From Tubulanus polymorphus (Eukaryota; Animalia; Nemertea), in NCBI RefSeq assembly GCF_964204645.1, contig NC_134025.1, positions 9,114,001 to 9,178,000 on the forward strand: DNA of 64,000 nt, written 5' to 3'. The stretch's first letter is position 1. Every line of letters begins with the position of its first letter. This document shows positions 15,259-27,120 of the stretch, one piece after another. A model generated the notes under the pieces. The model was not told the DNA's origin and made no database searches. It saw only the letters and a list, made by a program, of their open reading frames with translations. A program made the position numbers and the translations under genes.

Positions 15259-17657
15259 ATGCCAGAAGAACAGAAAAGTGGTGATGAAGCAGTGAGGAAA
15301 GTGAAATTGGCTGGCATGCAGTTTGCCGCTGGGGGATGCGCAGGTGTGAAAAAAATTACATTATTGGACTGGTTTTCTCTCAGACTCAGCAGAGTCAATC
15401 CCCTTTCATTCTAAATTAGTCAGTAACCTGTCTGTGGTTTAGTTTCACGATCGGATATTTTCACAAACCACAAGTATAAGCCCATCGATTATAAAAAGCT
15501 TACCATCAATGATTTATGGTGGCTGATAAGGGCCATCGCGAAAAATTTCTGGTATGCAAATCAGGGCGCCAGAACGCCAAAACGAAAAAAAACGTCCAAT
15601 TTTCTCTGAAAGTTCGTTTTGGCGCGTCTCAAAATTCCAAAACAACCTTAATTTTGGCGCTATATGGGTGCTATATAGGGGAGAGATTAGAGTGGGACGG
15701 AATTTTTATGTAGATAACTAGGTTATTTTTATATAGCAAGCATCATATCCGCCTGATACTGATCCTTAACAGCTGCTAAAACCAGCTACAGCACTTAATA
15801 GTGGATAAACAATTTAAAACATGATGTTTTGAATTTATTTGCAATTTGAATTTAGCGCCATTCTCGTGAGATTATCAACAACCCAGAAGTAAAATCCAAG
15901 CCAGTTTACAAGCCCCTGTGATCTTGATATCATTATCAAAATGTTTGCATATCATTTGACAGGATTTGTCGAAGTGTCTCTGATGCATCCGTTAGATTTG
16001 GTGAAGACACGCTTCCAGATACAACGTGGGCCTGATGATCCAAATCGTTATAAATCATTGGCTGATTGTTTCCGGCGCATGTATAAAACTGAAGGGTAAG
16101 TTATTTTGGCTCATTTCGTTGAAGAGCTACTGAAAATTGGCTTAAGCTGGATACATAGAATAGATCAATTGACTAATGCCAGTGATTTAATTTCATTACA
16201 GGGCATTTTCTTTCTACAAAGGAATTCTACCTCCATTACTCGCTGAAACCCCGAAACGAGCAACAAAATTTTTTACCTTTGAGCAGTATAAAAATTTGTT
16301 CATGTTTGGGAACGCTACAGCTACTCCAGTGGTATGTCTATCGATGCCTTTGTCTTAATTTGATATCTGGGTGAAAATTCCCAAAACCCTAGTTCATTTT
16401 ATGTTCATTTTCAACGTCGCATTGATTGCCAGCTACAGAACTGGGTATTCCAAAATTGATTATTCGAAAAGTGATTGTTTTTTCATTGAAGACATTCTCG
16501 TTAGCTGGCTTATGTTCCGGTCTTACAGAAGCTGTCGTCATAAATCCATTTGAAGTGGTGAAAGTGAAACTACAAGCAGAACGCGGAGTATCTTTGAAAC
16601 AGGTATCAATTTGGTCTAGAATTCTTCATCCCACCACATCTAAAACCTTTGAATCACCATTTGCTGAAGCAGCAAATGGAAATTAGCTTTTCGAATCATG
16701 ATAGTATCGTCTTAAGTTTTCACTTTGTAAACTATGCCGTTACAGTACTGTATTAAATTCTATGATGTGTACTTTCCTAAAACTCGTCCTCATTCAAGTA
16801 ATTGACATCATGCTGCCATTTATTCTACAGCAAAAAAGCACCTGGTCAACAGCAAGAGAAATTATGCGTGAACGGGGATTTGGTTTGCGAGGTATTAACT
16901 TAGGACTTCCCGCTACACTCGGTCGTCACGGTGTATGGAATATGGTCTATTTCGGTTTCTATCATACCGTAAAAGGTTACATACCAGAAAGCAAGGTAAT
17001 TTATAATAGAAGACTAGGTCTTTCATCGTATAACTTCAATTGCAAGATGTTGAAGTTGTTAAAAATACCGGTATATGCCGACACTGATCTTTTATCGATT
17101 TTTCTTCCCAGGACCCTAGCATGGATCTTTTGCGTAGATTTGCTATCGGTTTAGCAGCTGGATCGCTGGCTTCGGTTATTAATATACCGTTCGACGTAGC
17201 GAAGAGTCGTATTCAGGGTCCACAACCAGTCACTGGCTCTAGAAAATATCAACATTGCTTTAAAACTATCGGAACAGTTTTCCGAGAGGAAGGGTGAGTT
17301 TTGATTTGGTATCGGCCAACTTGATGTAATTGTTACCCTGTGTACAATTCATGTAAAGTCATGTATTTATCTGTTTTGATATCAAAATAGGCTAAACTAT
17401 AACTAAAAAGGATAAAAAATTGTATTCTTTTTATAGATTTCTGGCTTTATACAAAGGACTTTTACCAAAAATGCTTCGTCTAGGACCCGGTAGGTTATCT
17501 AGATACCAAAATAGTTCAATTATTTATTCAATTTGAAAAAATACATCGAGTACATGAATATTTGTTTGTTTTTTTGGTTTGTTTGTTTATAGGTGGAGCT
17601 ATAATGTTGATTGTCTACGAAAATGTCTCCGGATTTTTGCAGAAGCAGTTTCTCTAG
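15259..17657 (+). CDS. SLC25A21: Mitochondrial 2-oxodicarboxylate carrier, ~307 aa, 8 coding exons
   Basis: Exons 15259-15343, 15963-16095, 16202-16331, 16492-16602, 16831-16995, 17112-17293, 17437-17489, 17593-17657. Three carrier signatures (HPLDLVKTRFQ, NPFEVVKVKLQ, IPFDVAKSRIQ) plus ODC-type GILPPLLAETPKRATKF, GRHGVWNMVYFG and RLGPGG. Confidence 0.95.
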
Positions 17658-18927
17658 TGGAATTACCAGTTAATCCTGTTGAAACTATTAGGTCTATTTA
17701 CAAAACTAATTGTTCTATACTGTAGAATGTTGTTCATACATGTACGGCTAATTTAAAATTTTGAGATACCTCCTTATGGTAAAATCAAACAATATCAGAG
17801 TCTGAAAGAATGTAATGATTTGTTGAAATTTTACCGTTATCACGTTTATTTAGTCCTAGGCTATTTATTGACCTTGATATTGTTCAATATCATCTTATGT
17901 TATTATGAACACAAGTTACAGTGTATTTTATCAACAAGATTAAATGCCGATCTTGAATACCAGTGCCAGTCAATAATTTAAAGGACTTCAAACACAAGAT
18001 GCATATACATGATTTTATTTTATACACGTTTCATACTACAATGTTTTACATCGTTTTTAAATAGAAAATCCATTTAGACTAGCCTAAATGAAATTTCTGA
18101 AAAAAAGGTCTATGGTGCTTTAATCAAATTCTAGTTACAGTACAGGTATTTATATTCGACCATAGGGAAAATTATTCTATCAGAGAAATACATTTTAATT
18201 TCAATCATTTAGTCTCAATAAAGAATCTGTCAATATGCTTACAAAATAATCTAAATGAGATTGCCAGTATTACAAATTAAGTGAATCAGCTGAAGTATTC
18301 TGGTGTAGTATATTGCAATTAGAATTTAGTTTTAGCAAGATTTTTTGCCAGTAGGAATGTTTTCCAGTCAGCTGCTACATTCCCTTTCAATGCTATATTC
18401 TCCTTGCTTGTAGAAAGAACCAGCAAACTTGATGCTTTTTTACATGGGCAGCTATCCGGTTTGAATCTTGATTGAAGGATGTACTTAGCTTTAGATCTCT
18501 CCACATGTGCATGTACTTTACCTAGGTTACACGATGTTTCGTTATTTCAGTAAGTCATTTTAGAAAATCTATTTTTGAGACATGATCTATGAAAAGACAA
18601 TGTGTTACATTTGAAATATCGCGATTTATATTTTCTAAACAAACCATGACTAGTGAAGATTATGGCTAATTATGCAAGTGTATTCTTATATGCAAATCAA
18701 AAGGTATATATAATAGTTTTCTAGATTTGTAAATGGATGGTGCTGTTTCTATTTACGTCGACATGTCTTAGAATAGATACTTGTTAATTGTTTACTCTGA
18801 AAAGTCCTTTCGTGTTCGGTGTTTTGAATTGAGAGAATGGCGGTCGCTTTTTGGATCCTGATTATTTTTGGATTCTTGATTTTTTTCTGCGAAGAGTGGC
18901 ATATCATTTCTGGAAACAATCGTGCTT

Positions 18928-19851
18928 CTAATTTCCTGTCATATACGCATACGCCGCCATGGCGGATAAAAGCGCGGAGATCATGGCAAATTGCCGCCGT
19001 TCAGCGTAATTGCAGAGTTGAGCCTGACAACAGTAGATCTTTTGGAATGTGGACGTAGTATCCTCCGTGCAATCAACAGCGCATCCGTAATTCATGGTTT
19101 GGACTCGAGTTGTCGAATTTTTTGATACTACTTTCTGAAACGAAAATTTAAAAAAAAAGTTTAAGAATGATTTTGTGATGAAATAAGCGGCGTTCACGCG
19201 ACAACTAGTTAAACCGGTTTAAATGGTTCCGTACCTGGTCCGGTCTAGATTTGGACCGGACCAAATCTGAGTGTACACACGTTGCTAAATTGGCTACAAA
19301 TTGGTATGACTGGACCCGCAAAATGTCGCAAAAGTACTTTACCTCGAAATTCATATCTAAATGATAGATTTATAAGGCCCTGGCAGTTTTATTTGAACAA
19401 TTCTGATGATTGCGGTTTATGTATATCTGGACCCATCAATCTAAGAAAGGTTCTATGTAATTTTCAAATCAATTATACTAACGCTTATATTGACACCTTA
19501 GCCTAAAAATGAAGTCTATAGGCCAGGAAGCAAAACCATGAAGATCTTCAATTTAATTACAAATCTATGTATCTAAGCTAGCACGTAAGAGGTTTTGTGA
19601 ATATGAACTTACTTTACAAAATACACCTTCGCAAACTTTAGCATTTAAATGAAGACAGTTTGTTGCGCTATTCACACATTGTCTGTGGTGACATATCACG
19701 GTATTTGCACTATGAGCTGGAAACAACGAAAGAAAATCAGTAATTGCTTCTCAATTTGACAAGGTTAGGTAAAGCATTGACTCTAAAACGTACCTGATAA
19801 TATAAGAGAAAACAAAAATATCAAGCGTATAAGTAACAATTTCTCATTCAT
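18928..19851 (-). CDS. Small Ly6/uPAR (three-finger) domain protein with signal peptide and GPI-type tail, ~122 aa, 3 exons
   Basis: Exons (minus) 19851-19794, 19716-19613, 19134-18928 give MNEKLLLIRLIFLFSLILSAHSANTVICHHRQCVNSATNCLHLNAKVCEGVFCKKVVSKNSTTRVQTMNYGCAVDCTEDTTSTFQKIYCCQAQLCNYAERRQFAMISALLSAMAAYAYMTGN. Ten Cys ending in CCxxxxCN; signal-peptide exon followed by a phase-1 intron, typical of Ly6 genes. Confidence 0.85.
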
Positions 19852-20200
19852 GATACCAAATCCTCCTTAAATATCTGTGTACGCAAGTATTTTTAACTTA
19901 TTTCCAAAGCTATCAAATATTATTATCATATATATATACAATTTTGCCTCTGTCACCGCCGCCGTCTTGATATGTGTATATATATATATAGAGTACCACC
20001 AAATGTTTTCACGATTTATACAATGAACTTTTCTGTGTACTGCCTGTATATGAATACTCGTTTTCAATTTCTATATGCGTGTATCAATGGAACAGTGGGT
20101 GAATAAAAAATGTATTTCTTTATTCAGAATAGACACACGTAAGATCTACGAGCAAAATTGTTCGTAGGTAAGATCAACCAGTTCCTTACAATAATAACCT

Positions 20201-20316
20201 GGGCCCAGTTCCACAGTTCTGAGTTAAGATTTGACTCTTTGAGAGTGGACTCATTGAAAATGAACTGATTTCAACTCAGAGTTATCTCTAACTCACAACT
20301 GGTGGAACTGGTTCCC
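20201..20316. mobile_element. ~115-bp hairpin MITE (PIF/Harbinger-like)
   Basis: gggcccagttccacagttctgagtta ... taactcacaactggtggaactggttccc inverted arms. Similar architecture at 32277-32384 and 34162-34265. Confidence 0.6.
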
Positions 20317-20709
20317 GAACGTTATCAGACTTAGGCACTCTTGGCGGTGCAGAATGTTTCTAAATGTGAAAGTGTAATCATATTAGTCAATATATTTCTA
20401 TAATTTCTAATTTCTAAAATTAGGAGAATTTTCATTATTTATTCATTATATCAAGTTAATGATCTCGATGCTGGTACCACTTTAGTACCTAAAAATCGTT
20501 AATAATTTCAACGTGTCAATGATACACCGGCCAAAATAACTCAGTTTGTCCAATTAAAACTAAATCGACGGGGATTTCATGCTTCAGTTTTTGTCTGTAT
20601 ATATGTTAATTAACCAATTATTTTTTTCCGGGATTTCTACTTATATATTTGGTTCAGTGATTAGTCACTTTATCTGGTGACTGATGTAAGAGCGATTCGG
20701 TTGGACATT

Positions 20710-21612
20710 ATGTTTAAACTATCGTTTGTCCTCACTGTTTGCTATCTTCTTTATATACCCATCGATAGTTCAGGAGAAGGTAAAGAAAAAGGATGGAATA
20801 TTATGATTTTATGACAACCCATCGTATCAAAGACCGATTTTGTTTTGTTTTTTCTAGCCCAGGTAGAATGCGATCCTGGTTTGTGGTTGAAATGGACGGT
20901 TTACCCTGGCCGGTTCATTTCTGATTACAATGATCGGGGATATAACGATATGACCATAAAGCAATGTGAAATTGCGTGTTTAACCGAAGAAACCTTTAAA
21001 TGTCTTTCGGCGGATTATAACAAGAACAATTCGTTGTGCAATTTGTCCAGTGTCAATAAAAAAGTGGCACCATCAAAATTTGAAATCAGCAAGGCGAAGA
21101 TGGGCGACGATAATTCGGACTTCGTATTGCATCATCTAGAATGGGAGTGTGTAGGTAGGCTAGGTTATGATTATTATGATTTATAGATTCCAATTTTTAG
21201 ATCATATCGACGAAAAGACGTTGAATAGTCGCCTTGTGCATTTTCCTGGCATTGATTGCCATGCGCAAAAAATGAATTGCTCAGCAATCCTGGTTCTTAA
21301 GTCGACAGAAAACAATGTATTCCGCCATTTGTGCCAGTGCATTATTTCAAAATATTTTCACGCGTTTCAGATTCTCCGATGAAAGCTGAAATTTTCGAGG
21401 GATTCAAAGCTGTGAAATCACCATCAAAATCACTGGCAAATGTCGATTCTCTTTTACAATGTTCAATGGAATGCAAAGCGTATCAATCTTGTACGGCTGG
21501 ACAATGGGATATAGAAGAAAAAACATGTGATCTTATTAGTAATGGTGACCTCGAACCAGGAATGATGCAGATGGAAAAAATGACATATTTTAGTTTCAAG
21601 CCAGAAAAATAG
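20710..21612 (+). CDS. Secreted protein with two PAN/Apple-like domains, ~202 aa, 3 exons
   Basis: Exons 20710-20779 (signal peptide MFKLSFVLTVCYLLYIPIDSSG), 20858-21154 (QCEIACLTEETFKCLSADY..LCNLS) and 21371-21612 (QCSMECKAYQSCTAGQW..TCDL). Both domains show the PAN CxxxC..C...C pattern; both introns are phase 1. Confidence 0.82.
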
Positions 21613-21957
21613 ATTCACACAGTTCACGCATCTGCCACCTATCGGAATACATTGGTGAACGAAGTGGATCGGGAACTGATTATTTCAAACTGTCTATAAT
21701 AATTATATATTATTCATCCTTCGCAACTTATAATCAATTAATTTGTATAATACATTAGTTTAAATTATGCCTTGCTTCTATCTATAATCTGATCTCGATA
21801 AAATATGTGATTTTAGCATCGGTTTCTCAGCATCGCGCACCGTTCTCTACGCGACACGTTGCATTGCCGCTTCGGGAATCTCCGACGCCGTTACGGGGAT
21901 TGCCGAAGTACACGCCATTACTGACAAGTCATCAGCGATGGAACAAGTACAACAAAA

Positions 21958-24900
21958 ATGAAGGCTGTTGGTGTTTTATTAACTCTCGGGAGCTTCATGC
22001 TCACCGGGGCTGTGGTAGCTAATGCGTTTTTTCAGAAGAAACAATTTTATCCTTCGGTGGTCTACATCACGAAGTCTAATCCGAGCATGGCGGTGAGTTA
22101 AAGACGCTGAAAAGTGTTAGTGTTGTTACGTGTGAAAATAGTCTGTAAACTTCCTTTTGCCAAATCTAAACTAAGTTGTAACATTGAAAAATACTGAAGT
22201 TGATAAGTTGTAATTAAACATAGACTTATCATTCTAGTAAAGATTTGCATTTTTTGGACAAATTGTTTTTGTGAACAATTATCTGAATTTGATCAAGAAG
22301 AAGGAAAGCTAGCTAATGAAGTTACTTCGTTAATTATTTGAATTTGAGATGGTTCATTTATGTTTGTATTCTGTATGCAATTTTCAGGTTCTTTATGTTC
22401 AAGCATTCGTGTTTGTTATATTGTCTGCTAAATTATTACGAAAATTATTTTTTGGCCAACTGAGAGCTGCTGAATTGGAGGTGAGTTACGGCCGACAGAA
22501 TGTACCGACACATTCATATGATAGATCCCAAGATGACTCAGTCTTTTATATTCTGTATTTCAGCATCTGATTGAGAGATCGTGGTACGCAGTAACGGAGA
22601 CATGTTTAGCGTTCACGGTTTTCCGCGATGATTTTAGTACCCGTTTCGTAGCCATGTTTACTTTACTACTCTTTCTAAAATGTTTCCATTGGTTGGCTGA
22701 AGACAGAGTTGATTATGTAAGTGCAATGAAAATTTCTAAAGCGCCGAGAACCAGCTCTGCAGCTTTTTACCCAGTCCAAATTATGTGAGGCCCATGCATG
22801 TCTACTCTGAGAATGAACTGCAGTTCAGGGTTGCCGCTGACCTGGAAAACCTGGAAAAACTCAGGGAATTCGGATAATGCTATGCTATTGACTGCATGTC
22901 TCTTTATCAGTATGTGATTCAATGAAAAAAAATTGAATGAATTTTGTGTAATTACTCGGAAAGATCAGGGGATTTGTAAATGGGTGGAAAGTGGCCACCC
23001 TGCAGTTCTTGTTTACCAATGAAGTAAACTAGAGTATCAGCGTAGGATACTCTGGTTTAGTTTGAAATGTAGGTAATGTCAATTTGTATTCTTCCACATG
23101 ATTATTGGTTATGTGAAGGCTCATCCAAAATATTTCCATGAAACTAGGCCTGAAATTATAGTTATTTGTTCTTTTCGTTTTTCAGATGGAAAGCAGCCCG
23201 ATGATATCTTGGCTTTTTCACCTTCGAGCTGTTAGTAAGTTAAAAACCCATCCATCCCTCTGAAACTGAAATATTGACATTCAGGTTGATATTTAAGACT
23301 TAATGCTGTATTAATTTTTTCTTTTCTAACTTGCAGGTTTGCTGGTTTTCCTTGGTACCTTAGATCTGTATTTTATAAATCATGCTTATTACAGTACTTT
23401 GATGAAAGGAGCATCCGTTCAACTTGTATTTGGATTTGAGGTGATTACTATGAATTATTCAGTGAACAGTCTGTTGATATCGATTACAAAAATCAATATT
23501 TCCAACGGTTTATCCTTGCGTTTCAGTATGCTGTGCTATTGACAATGCAGGTTTCGATATTAGTTAAATATGTTTTACACACAGTTGATCTTCAAAGTGA
23601 AAATCCGTGGGATAACAAAGCTGTTTATCTGTTATACACTGAACTCATTGTTGGTAAGATTCATCCATTCACTCATTTGATTACAGTAAACTTCGTGCGG
23701 CCTGAAAAACTCTTCTGATAAGTTAGTTCATATATATTTCAATCAATCTAAAAGATCAAAATCAGATTTAAGTGGAAATTCTTAGTGAATCATGATGTTT
23801 AACCAGGGGTGTCACAAGGATTTTTCAATGGGGTCAGAATTAATACAAGCAGAACTTAATGCCATACTTTGCACCCTGTAAGCCAAGCACCCAAGGCAAA
23901 CAAGCATTGCTGAATCCTTGAAATTGCTAGATTATTTGACTCTTAATTGTGGAAGTTCAAAGCTCAACAATGGCATTTTCTGGACCTTTTAAGGCAAAAT
24001 ATCTGAGAAACTTCAGTAATGTAAATTAGTAATGTAAAGATTTAGAACTAAAAAATGCGGAACTAATTTAAAAAGGAGTTGCCCGACCCCCATCTGGTGA
24101 CGCCCATGTTAATGTCTTTTGAGTATATTCTATCTTTCCGTTCATGACCACTAGATAAAAATAGTTGCAGTTTTATGAATTGAGAGCTTGTTTTCTAGGT
24201 GCTGTTAAAGTGTTTTTGTACTCTGCATTTATGGTAATCATGATTAAAGTTCACACATTCCCGTTGTTTGCCATCAGACCCATGTACCTCACCATGCGGT
24301 AAGTAAATTTACACGATGCACGTGAAAATTTAAGGCCTAACTCATTCTGTCCAGATAGTTTATAGTTTCTATCGTGTTTTTAGATCATTTAAGAAGGCGG
24401 TGAATGATGTGTTAATGTCGAGGAGGGCGATCAGGAATATGAATACATTATACCCCGATGCCACGGCTGAAGAACTTCAATCCGGAGATAATGTTTGTAT
24501 TATTTGTCGTGAGGAGATGGTCACCGCATGTAAAAAACTGCCGTGCAACCACATTTTTCATTCGAGTTGTCTGCGTTCATGGTTTCAAAGGCAGCAGACG
24601 TGTCCGACTTGTCGTATGGATGTTTTACGCATACAACAACCTACAGCACCGGCAGCTCAGCCTGCTCCAGTTCAACCTGTACAGCAACAACAACCTAATC
24701 CTAGTATGTAATGTTATGACATTGATCTGCCAATTCTGCATGTAAAGACACACACTTAAAATGCTTAATTTTTCCAAAAGTCAGAATATAGTCTTTCGTG
24801 TAATTGTGAACTTATGAAGAAGTGAATAAGGGGTTTTATCAAACTTGAAAAGGCAGAAGGATATTTACCTTTTAGGTTTAGCGAAGACAGTTGTATTTTA

Positions 24901-27120
24901 ATGTTGCACTGAGAGCACTTGCGAAATATCTAATAGCAATTTAAATGAAAATCTGATATCCTTAGTAAATCCTCTTTTATGCACTTTCATGAGATTGATC
25001 GCCTGTGTTGTTTATTTACAGTGTTTCCTGGTTTTGCGTTTCCTGGTTGGCCTCAAGCTCCACCACAAGTGCCGCCATCCAGTAAGTGTTGTTCATTCTA
25101 TTCTTATCGCACACGTATTTACAATACATCCAGTGATAGATATTAGTATGTATGTGTATATTCTATTGCAGCATCTGGTTCATCAGCATCCACTGCAGCA
25201 ACAACTGCTGCTACTGCTACCAGTATGCCATCAACATCAATGCCTCCATTTACTATGTCGTATTATATGCCTCCATACATGGGTATGGGAATGGGCATGG
25301 GCATGGGCATGGGCTACGGTAAGCAACAAACAAATCAAACATTCTGATATTTAATGAACCCTTTAATAATCTGCTTCCGGTATTTAATAAACCCTTTAAG
25401 ACTAGATATTTCACCCAGCTAGATGCAGGGTTAAGAATCGAGGAATTATACAGAGAATTATGCTTCGAAAAATTCCTATACTGTAATTTTATTAAGTTGA
25501 CTGGTTTGGGGATCTACTAGATATGTTTTGTCAGGAGAGTCATTTTCTAGTTTTATTCTGTAGGAATGCCACCACCACCTATGCCATCGAATGATCTGTC
25601 CAGTCTATCGGATTCAGAACTACGCGCTATGGAAGGCCACGAACGGCAAAATGTTGAGGCGAGAATCGAGTGCCTGCGTAACATACAAACATTATTAGAT
25701 ATGGCAATGGTTCAAATGCAACAATACTATTCTGTATCAACTGTGAATGGGTATGCTTTATAAAGCTTCTTTCAGTATCTTTAGAATTAACCCATAAAAA
25801 ACAGAGAAAGCTTTTCCCAATCAGTGGCTGTGCATAAAGTACGTCTTATGCCCATAGGGGGCAGACTGTTTTTAAGACATATACAAAAACGTACAGAGGA
25901 GGGGTAAAAATCGTGCATACATTTCTAAGGCCGTATGGGGGGTTTATGTTTATAGTATATACTTTGTGCACGAAATGCAAAACAACCATACATGGAGCAT
26001 ACATGGGGGAGGGGTTAAAAATACCCGGAAGTCAAGAGTACCGGTATGTACTATATGCATAGCTGTCATAGAGAGTATTACTCTTTTGGACTATGATTGA
26101 TTCATCCAATCAAATAGAAATGAATCTCCGTTGGTTTTCAGTATCTATGTACCTGGTGCCGCTAATAGGGGTGCTGCCCAGACTGAAACAAGTAGCTCAA
26201 CAACAGCGGAAGGATCGATACCCTCTACAAAGCCTGTCGTAGACAACATCAGCGCGAATGTATCTGATTCAGCCACTAGTGGCGGCGCACGTAGGAAGGA
26301 CAGTGAGTATGGTAATAATGTTTCGAGCACATCGTGAATGGCTGCATATATTTATCGCTAATCGGCTAAAACAGGATACCATGCTTCTCAAGATTCTGAA
26401 GTCCAAATCCTACCCACCCAACCTTATAACCTGAAAAATCTACCTACCTGGTTGCCTATGATCTTTTTTGAAAGATATATACCAAGATATAAGATAATGA
26501 CCTGACATAGTATCTTGACTTATCGACTTGACGTTTTCACTGATTTTAACAAACCGGCTGGCCATTAGATTAGAAGCAAGGTATCTTTTTTCAGCCTCAT
26601 CAGTTTGTTGTGGCTGGCTGACGGTCTCTCTTAAATTCGGGTAAAGATTTGTATTCCGTAATTCTTTTATTCGCGGATAGTGAGCTTTCTTGAATATCTC
26701 TCCTTGGTGTGTGGTTTGATTTTAAACTCGACATCGCTTATATGATATACAGTATACAATAGGTAGTGTTTGTTTCATTGAGAGTGGTTAAGTTGGATGT
26801 GTTGGGACTTACTTATTTCATTAACTGAGAGATGATCAGGAAAATTGAAAACCGTTCCAAAGAAATTAGTCTAGTAAACAGTTAACCTCTTTTAGCACTT
26901 ATTAATGTACCCGTACTTTTTCTGCTAATTTTCAGATTGGGACTTCAGCGATTTAGAGGGCGCAATCGGATTTACGGCCCCGAAAGAATCGACGTTAGAA
27001 GAAATGATCCCAAAATCCGACGACGCGGATATAACGATAAACGAAGTGAGACAAAGACGATTAAATCGATTCGCTTCAGTTGAAACGAGTAAATCGAACG
27101 ATGCATCGAATGACGAATGA
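21958..27120 (+). CDS. SYVN1: E3 ubiquitin ligase synoviolin/HRD1, ~606 aa, 13 coding exons
   Basis: Exons 21958-22092, 22388-22480, 22564-22716, 23186-23234, 23337-23440, 23527-23653, 24199-24298, 24384-24703, 25022-25081, 25172-25318, 25564-25750, 26142-26302, 26936-27120. KQFYPSVVYITKS, ERSWYAVTETCLAFTVFRDDF, RING-H2 CIICREEM...CNHIFHSSCLRSWFQRQQTCPTCR, ELRAMEGHERQNVEARIECL, C-terminal VCP-binding motif EVRQRRLNRF. Confidence 0.96.
22826..23002. mobile_element. hAT-like MITE in SYVN1 intron
   Basis: cagggttgccgct ... agtggccaccctg inverted ends flanked by a cagtt direct repeat; internal cctggaaaa subrepeats. Confidence 0.6.
23804..24108. mobile_element. hAT-like MITE remnant in SYVN1 intron
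   Basis: caggggtgtcac ... gtgacgcccatg imperfect inverted ends. Confidence 0.4.
25825..26063. mobile_element. MITE remnant in SYVN1 intron
   Basis: ggctgtgcataaagtacgt ... atgtactatatgcatagct inverted ends; internal G-rich ggggagggg tracts. Confidence 0.5.

Noticed and set aside
18319-18504. 61-aa minus-strand ORF downstream of the Ly6 gene
   Set aside because: No ATG start, no recognisable domain or convincing splice context; most likely 3' UTR or intergenic.
26580-26606. Minus-strand ctgatgag-gct-gaaa resembling a minimal hammerhead core
   Set aside because: Stems I and III and the cleavage triplet cannot be formed from the flanking sequence.
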